DNA from: a virus
Length of the DNA stretch: 45,141 nt
Virus record (IMG/VR): IMGVR_UViG_3300025598_000063
Direction: 5' to 3' (one strand)
The notes under the pieces are model-generated. The model had not been told where the DNA came from. It did no database searches and saw only the letters and a list, made by a program, of their open reading frames with translations. A program made the position numbers and the translations under genes. Of this stretch, positions 41,743-45,141 are shown piece by piece. The stretch's first letter is position 1, and the number at the start of each line of letters is the position of its first letter.

Positions 41743-42357
41743 TTAGATTAGGCAAAGAGCCACATATTCATTGGTTGCCCAATTCGCATTACCCGTTCCA
41801 GAGTTATACGAAACCGTTCTGTTGTTCGATACGCTGATACGCAATACTTTCACAGGGAAAGCGTTTGTACCATCATAAGGAATCAACTCTTGTGCGGAGA
41901 AATCATAAGACACTTGCTGGGTAATTAAACCACCGTCTAAAGATACAAGGCTTGCTGAACAACGCAGGGGAATACGCGCACCAGAACCCAAGCGGTAGAA
42001 GTTCACTGACATACCGGGTGAGAATAAAGGTACATCAGACTGAGGTGTCGTAATACCACCATAAGCCTGATTGAATACGCAAATACCGGTGGTGTTTGCA
42101 TCGCTTGTAGCTTGCAACACAGTGCTACCCAATACGCCGGAACCGGGTACAGTAGACGCAGCAGGAATATCTTCAGAGATCGGCACACCGCCCCATAAAG
42201 GAGTGGTTGCAGAAGTTGAAAGTACGCCGCCTGATAAAGCAAACTTTACTGCGGGATCGTCCTGTGCATCACCTTGGGTGAAGCCATTGGAGTTGGTTTG
42301 AAACAGGCCAGCAGCATTGGTGACTGCCATCGGCTGAAGTGAAATAGATGCGCTCAT
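41743..42357 (-). CDS. Capsid-associated protein (decoration/cement or second shell protein candidate, 204 aa)
   Basis: Lies between the scaffold-like and major capsid genes. Gly/Ser/Thr-rich and beta-rich. Confidence 0.4.
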   Translation of the reverse strand: MSASISLQPMAVTNAAGLFQTNSNGFTQGDAQDDPAVKFALSGGVLSTSATTPLWGGVPISEDIPAASTVPGSGVLGSTVLQATSDANTTGICVFNQAYGGITTPQSDVPLFSPGMSVNFYRLGSGARIPLRCSASLVSLDGGLITQQVSYDFSAQELIPYDGTNAFPVKVLRISVSNNRTVSYNSGTGNANWATNEYVALCLI

Positions 42358-42368
42358 GTTGGCAGTCC

Positions 42369-44795
42369 TTATTTACGGTTGTTTTGGGTGTTAAAGGCAA
42401 CAACACGCTGGGCGGGAACAGTGAAACTTTCCAGCCAAGAATTAACGTCACCCTTGAACTTGGTAATGGTACGACCAGCACGATCACGCTCTTCAATTGC
42501 GATCAAGTTGCCGCTACCAATCTGACTGTCATTGCGAGCCGCAGCATTCACTGCATCTGCAAAAATCTGTTTCTCAGCCAAAGCCAACAATGCCTTGTCT
42601 TTGATATTGCGTAAGTTGATGTCTTTGTAAGAATCTGAATGCGCTTGCAAACCACGCAACAGACGCTTGCGGTAAGCCATCAAACCTTCTCCCTGTAAAG
42701 GACGGCTGGCTGATTTGCCAAATGCGGAATAGATTGAATCGGCTTTTGCTTGTGCATCAGCCATCATCATTTCTTCTTCATCAGCCTTCTTCGCCATTTC
42801 CTCTTTCTCTTCATCGGAATAGCAATCGTCATCGTCATCAGGCTTCATTTCACCAGCGGGGCCATGCTCTTTAGGATCAGAACCCTCAGCATCTTTACGC
42901 TTCTTGTCACTAAACTTCATGTGTCCGGCTGGGCCTTCCATCATATTGTCTTTGCGCATATCTTCTTCGTCATCGTCCTTGCGCATCTTGTCGTCATCAT
43001 CGTCTTTGCGCTTCTTACGATCAGCCGCCATCATTTCTTCGTCCATGCGGTCATCATCATCGTCTTTCTTGGCATCATCGCCACCACGGACGTAAGAACG
43101 TACCTTGTGCTTGGCTTCGTCATCTGCCTTACCAGCCGCAATGTGGGTTAGGGGTTCTTGGGGAAGATTCTTTTCCATAGCATCTACGCGAGCGGAGATA
43201 TTATGGATAGCATTCAGAATCGCATCCAGTTTGTCGCCTTGGGCATCTGCCTTGGCTTGGTTCATATCGGTCATATCAGACACCTCAGGATTGTTAAGAA
43301 GTACACCAGTGGCAGGGCCGCCCTTATCCCAAACACCTTTACTGCCTCTGCGTTTGGTGACAATGGCGATATGATCTAACAAAAATGGTTTTCCTTCAAT
43401 CAATAAAGGATCGCCACTCTCGGTGATCAAATTCCGATTACCCGAACGCTCGTCAAATACCACGCTTGGGCTTGTACTAATATCGCCCTCGCTGATTTCT
43501 TTCATTGCGTCCGAATCATAAACTTTGGCAATGCCCCATACTTCGTCATCACCGTGGAAATAGGGTAACAGAATACTGCCAATCGCCCTATCTTTGAATT
43601 CTTTGCTGTCCAAAATACTGCTGTCCGGGTGATCCATAATCACCGTCAGACCATTGCAACGCTGCAAGAAATCTTCGTTCATATACAAGGACTTGTCGCG
43701 CCAAACGTGTTCCTCAATGCTGGAACGATACGCTAAACCCGTACCCGTTATGCGAATCGCTAATAAGTGCATATTCGCAAAAGGCTGGGGGCTTGGCAAA
43801 ATGCCTTCAGCCATCAACCGTGCTACATCCAACTCGGTATCCGCAGCCGCAACCTTAAACGCATCAATGTCACCGGGATGTATCGGCATCGGCAGATGAT
43901 CAGGATCAGTCCAAACAAATCCATCAGATTCATAGTTTAGTTTGGGCGTAAACTTCGGCACAGGGTCAGCCGCATAGAACGCAATGAATTGTCCATTATC
44001 GTGTACAGGAATCAAATCGCCTTCATACATAAACCCTGTTTCTTCGAATACTTCGCGCCGCGCTCCCTCTTCAGCCGTTTCCGTACCATTCAAATGCCCA
44101 CCGGGGATCGCAAAATGATATGGAAAATCACCGCCATTTCCACGGCGCAACATCAATATCGTGCCATCCGGTGCTTCAAACATAATCCCCGCTGCACGGG
44201 TTGCTGCACCGCCTTGTGGCCCAATAGGGTAGGGGTTCGGGTGAATAATTCCCGATGGCTCAAAGTCGGACTTCGGCACACAGTTAGGCACTTGCTTGCC
44301 GCCTTTCTCTTTCATGCCGTATTGCTCGTAACCTTCCCAGCAGGGATCAGCATCTAGCATGGATTCGTCACACTTCCATTTGCGCAACGACTTATTAATT
44401 CGGCTGTCAGGATCATGCGCTGTCTTTTCGGAAGTCAACTTAGCCTTCATGCCTTTCATGCGAGCGCAGAATGATTTCTTTCTTGCCCCGCCTTCTGGCT
44501 GTGGACGCTTTAGATGTGCGCCATGCTCTTTATTGTAAGAAGCACGACCTTTTTCATTTAAACCACCTTCAGGATTCTTGCCTTCTTTCTTTGTCCACGC
44601 TTCCGCATCTTGTTTCATCTTGGACAATTCAGCGTATACGCCTTGCAATTCTTTATTCAAGGCTTTCATGTCATTACGCTTAGGAGATTTCCCCACAAAC
44701 TCGCATCCAACAGACTGTGGAACGCCACCAAACCCACCGGGAGTATGGCAAGCGGCTTGCATTAAACGCTCTTGAGCAGGGCTAGTTGTGGGCAT
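42369..44795 (-). CDS. 808-aa capsid-assembly polyprotein: basic N-terminus + Nudix hydrolase domain + DUF2213-like scaffold/protease-like region + Asp/Met/Lys-rich tract + helical C-terminus
   Basis: Perfect Nudix box G233-HLNGT-E-TAEEGAR-REVFEETGF255 (44031-44099). The stretch MHLLAIRITGTGLAYR...LTVIMDHPDS...EVWGIAKVYD resembles DUF2213. It occupies the scaffold/protease slot. Confidence 0.7.
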   Translation of the reverse strand: MPTTSPAQERLMQAACHTPGGFGGVPQSVGCEFVGKSPKRNDMKALNKELQGVYAELSKMKQDAEAWTKKEGKNPEGGLNEKGRASYNKEHGAHLKRPQPEGGARKKSFCARMKGMKAKLTSEKTAHDPDSRINKSLRKWKCDESMLDADPCWEGYEQYGMKEKGGKQVPNCVPKSDFEPSGIIHPNPYPIGPQGGAATRAAGIMFEAPDGTILMLRRGNGGDFPYHFAIPGGHLNGTETAEEGARREVFEETGFMYEGDLIPVHDNGQFIAFYAADPVPKFTPKLNYESDGFVWTDPDHLPMPIHPGDIDAFKVAAADTELDVARLMAEGILPSPQPFANMHLLAIRITGTGLAYRSSIEEHVWRDKSLYMNEDFLQRCNGLTVIMDHPDSSILDSKEFKDRAIGSILLPYFHGDDEVWGIAKVYDSDAMKEISEGDISTSPSVVFDERSGNRNLITESGDPLLIEGKPFLLDHIAIVTKRRGSKGVWDKGGPATGVLLNNPEVSDMTDMNQAKADAQGDKLDAILNAIHNISARVDAMEKNLPQEPLTHIAAGKADDEAKHKVRSYVRGGDDAKKDDDDDRMDEEMMAADRKKRKDDDDDKMRKDDDEEDMRKDNMMEGPAGHMKFSDKKRKDAEGSDPKEHGPAGEMKPDDDDDCYSDEEKEEMAKKADEEEMMMADAQAKADSIYSAFGKSASRPLQGEGLMAYRKRLLRGLQAHSDSYKDINLRNIKDKALLALAEKQIFADAVNAAARNDSQIGSGNLIAIEERDRAGRTITKFKGDVNSWLESFTVPAQRVVAFNTQNNRK

Positions 44796-44833
44796 GGTGG
44801 ATCACCAATATGTTCATGCAAGGGATTTTCACC

Positions 44834-45141
44834 TTATTTTGCTTTCTGTGCAATCCACTCTTGACCTTTGCTTGTCAAAAGCTCAGTTGGAAGATCAGTC
44901 ACATCGTATATCCATTCCGCAAAACACTTACAGTTCGGCAGCACTCCAACCGCTACGTCATTTTCGTAATATTCACCGGCAACCAATCCTTTTGCTCGCG
45001 CCCAACTATCTTTCAACAAATACACCTGTTCGTCTTTCTCTTTGTGGTCAGGACGGTAGTTATAGCCCGGCAGTCTCCACATTGAATGCCATACCATCGC
45101 AATCGCACCGCCTTTCTCGGCAATCAATTCATGGATGACTG
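44834..45141 (-). CDS. 3' part of the MuF-like head morphogenesis gene (unique part 44834..45014; 45015..45141 repeats 1..127)
   Basis: Same reading frame as 668..1 across the circular join. ...YRPDHKEKDEQVY...VGVLPNCKCFAEW resembles the MuF C-terminal motif (D..R..H ... P.C.C). Confidence 0.7.
   Translation of the reverse strand, partial: VIHELIAEKGGAIAMVWHSMWRLPGYNYRPDHKEKDEQVYLLKDSWARAKGLVAGEYYENDVAVGVLPNCKCFAEWIYDVTDLPTELLTSKGQEWIAQKAK
45015..45141. repeat. Terminal direct repeat, copy 2 of 2 (identical to 1..127)
   Basis: See copy 1. Confidence 0.9.

Noticed and set aside
42750-43374. Several plus-strand ORFs (133, 63 and 89 aa) opposite the acidic tract of the 808-aa gene
   Set aside because: They are the mirror image of GAT/GAA/AAG-rich codons (read as ATC/TTC/CTT), giving Ile/Phe/Leu/Ser low-complexity artefacts.
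1-45141. Lysogeny module (integrase, excisionase, CI repressor, att site)
   Set aside because: I searched all ORF translations by eye for tyrosine/serine recombinase motifs and LexA-like/CI-like repressors and found none. The lambdoid-looking early genes alone do not show the phage is temperate.

Overview
The window is a complete, circularly closed tailed-phage genome. Bases 1-127 are identical to 45015-45141 (assembly overlap), so the unique length is 45,014 bp, and one gene (MuF-like head morphogenesis) crosses the window ends. There are three transcription blocks. (1) A long minus-strand late block starts at terS (3714) and runs through terL, portal and the MuF-like gene, then across the circular junction. 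It continues with an 808-aa Nudix/scaffold-like polyprotein, a 204-aa protein, the major capsid gene, a terminator-insulated 167-aa gene and connector genes. Next come sheath-like and tube-like genes, a frameshifted chaperone pair, an 863-aa tape measure with an SLT domain, and baseplate genes. Three paralogous Gly/Thr-rich fibre genes (300, 671 and 1173 aa) follow, then J-like baseplate genes, two further fibre genes, and a lysis cassette ending at 16212. (2) A plus-strand early operon (10470-16049) carries an ERF annealase, a YqaJ exonuclease, SSB, an RHH regulator and about 18 small accessory ORFs. (3) A minus-strand early/middle arm (10074-4076) carries an HTH regulator, O-like and P-like replication proteins, a possible TGT/DpdA-like protein, RusA, a truncated beta-clamp homologue and small ORFs. 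I saw no integrase, CI-type repressor, tRNA, rRNA, CRISPR array or transposase. A lipobox protein, a GH24 endolysin and an SOS-box-like site point to a Gram-negative (beta/gamma-proteobacterial-type) host. The most interesting items are: a perfect Nudix box inside the capsid scaffold/protease-like polyprotein; a DnaN homologue lacking domain I; iteron-like GAGCTA repeats encoded in the 5' end of rusA; a conserved 27-nt junction cassette repeated between small early genes; and an autoregulated-looking RHH operon with an acidic protein. Others are the expanded fibre array and a late operon cut by strong intrinsic terminators. All family assignments come from reading motifs by eye and from memory. 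No database search was run.
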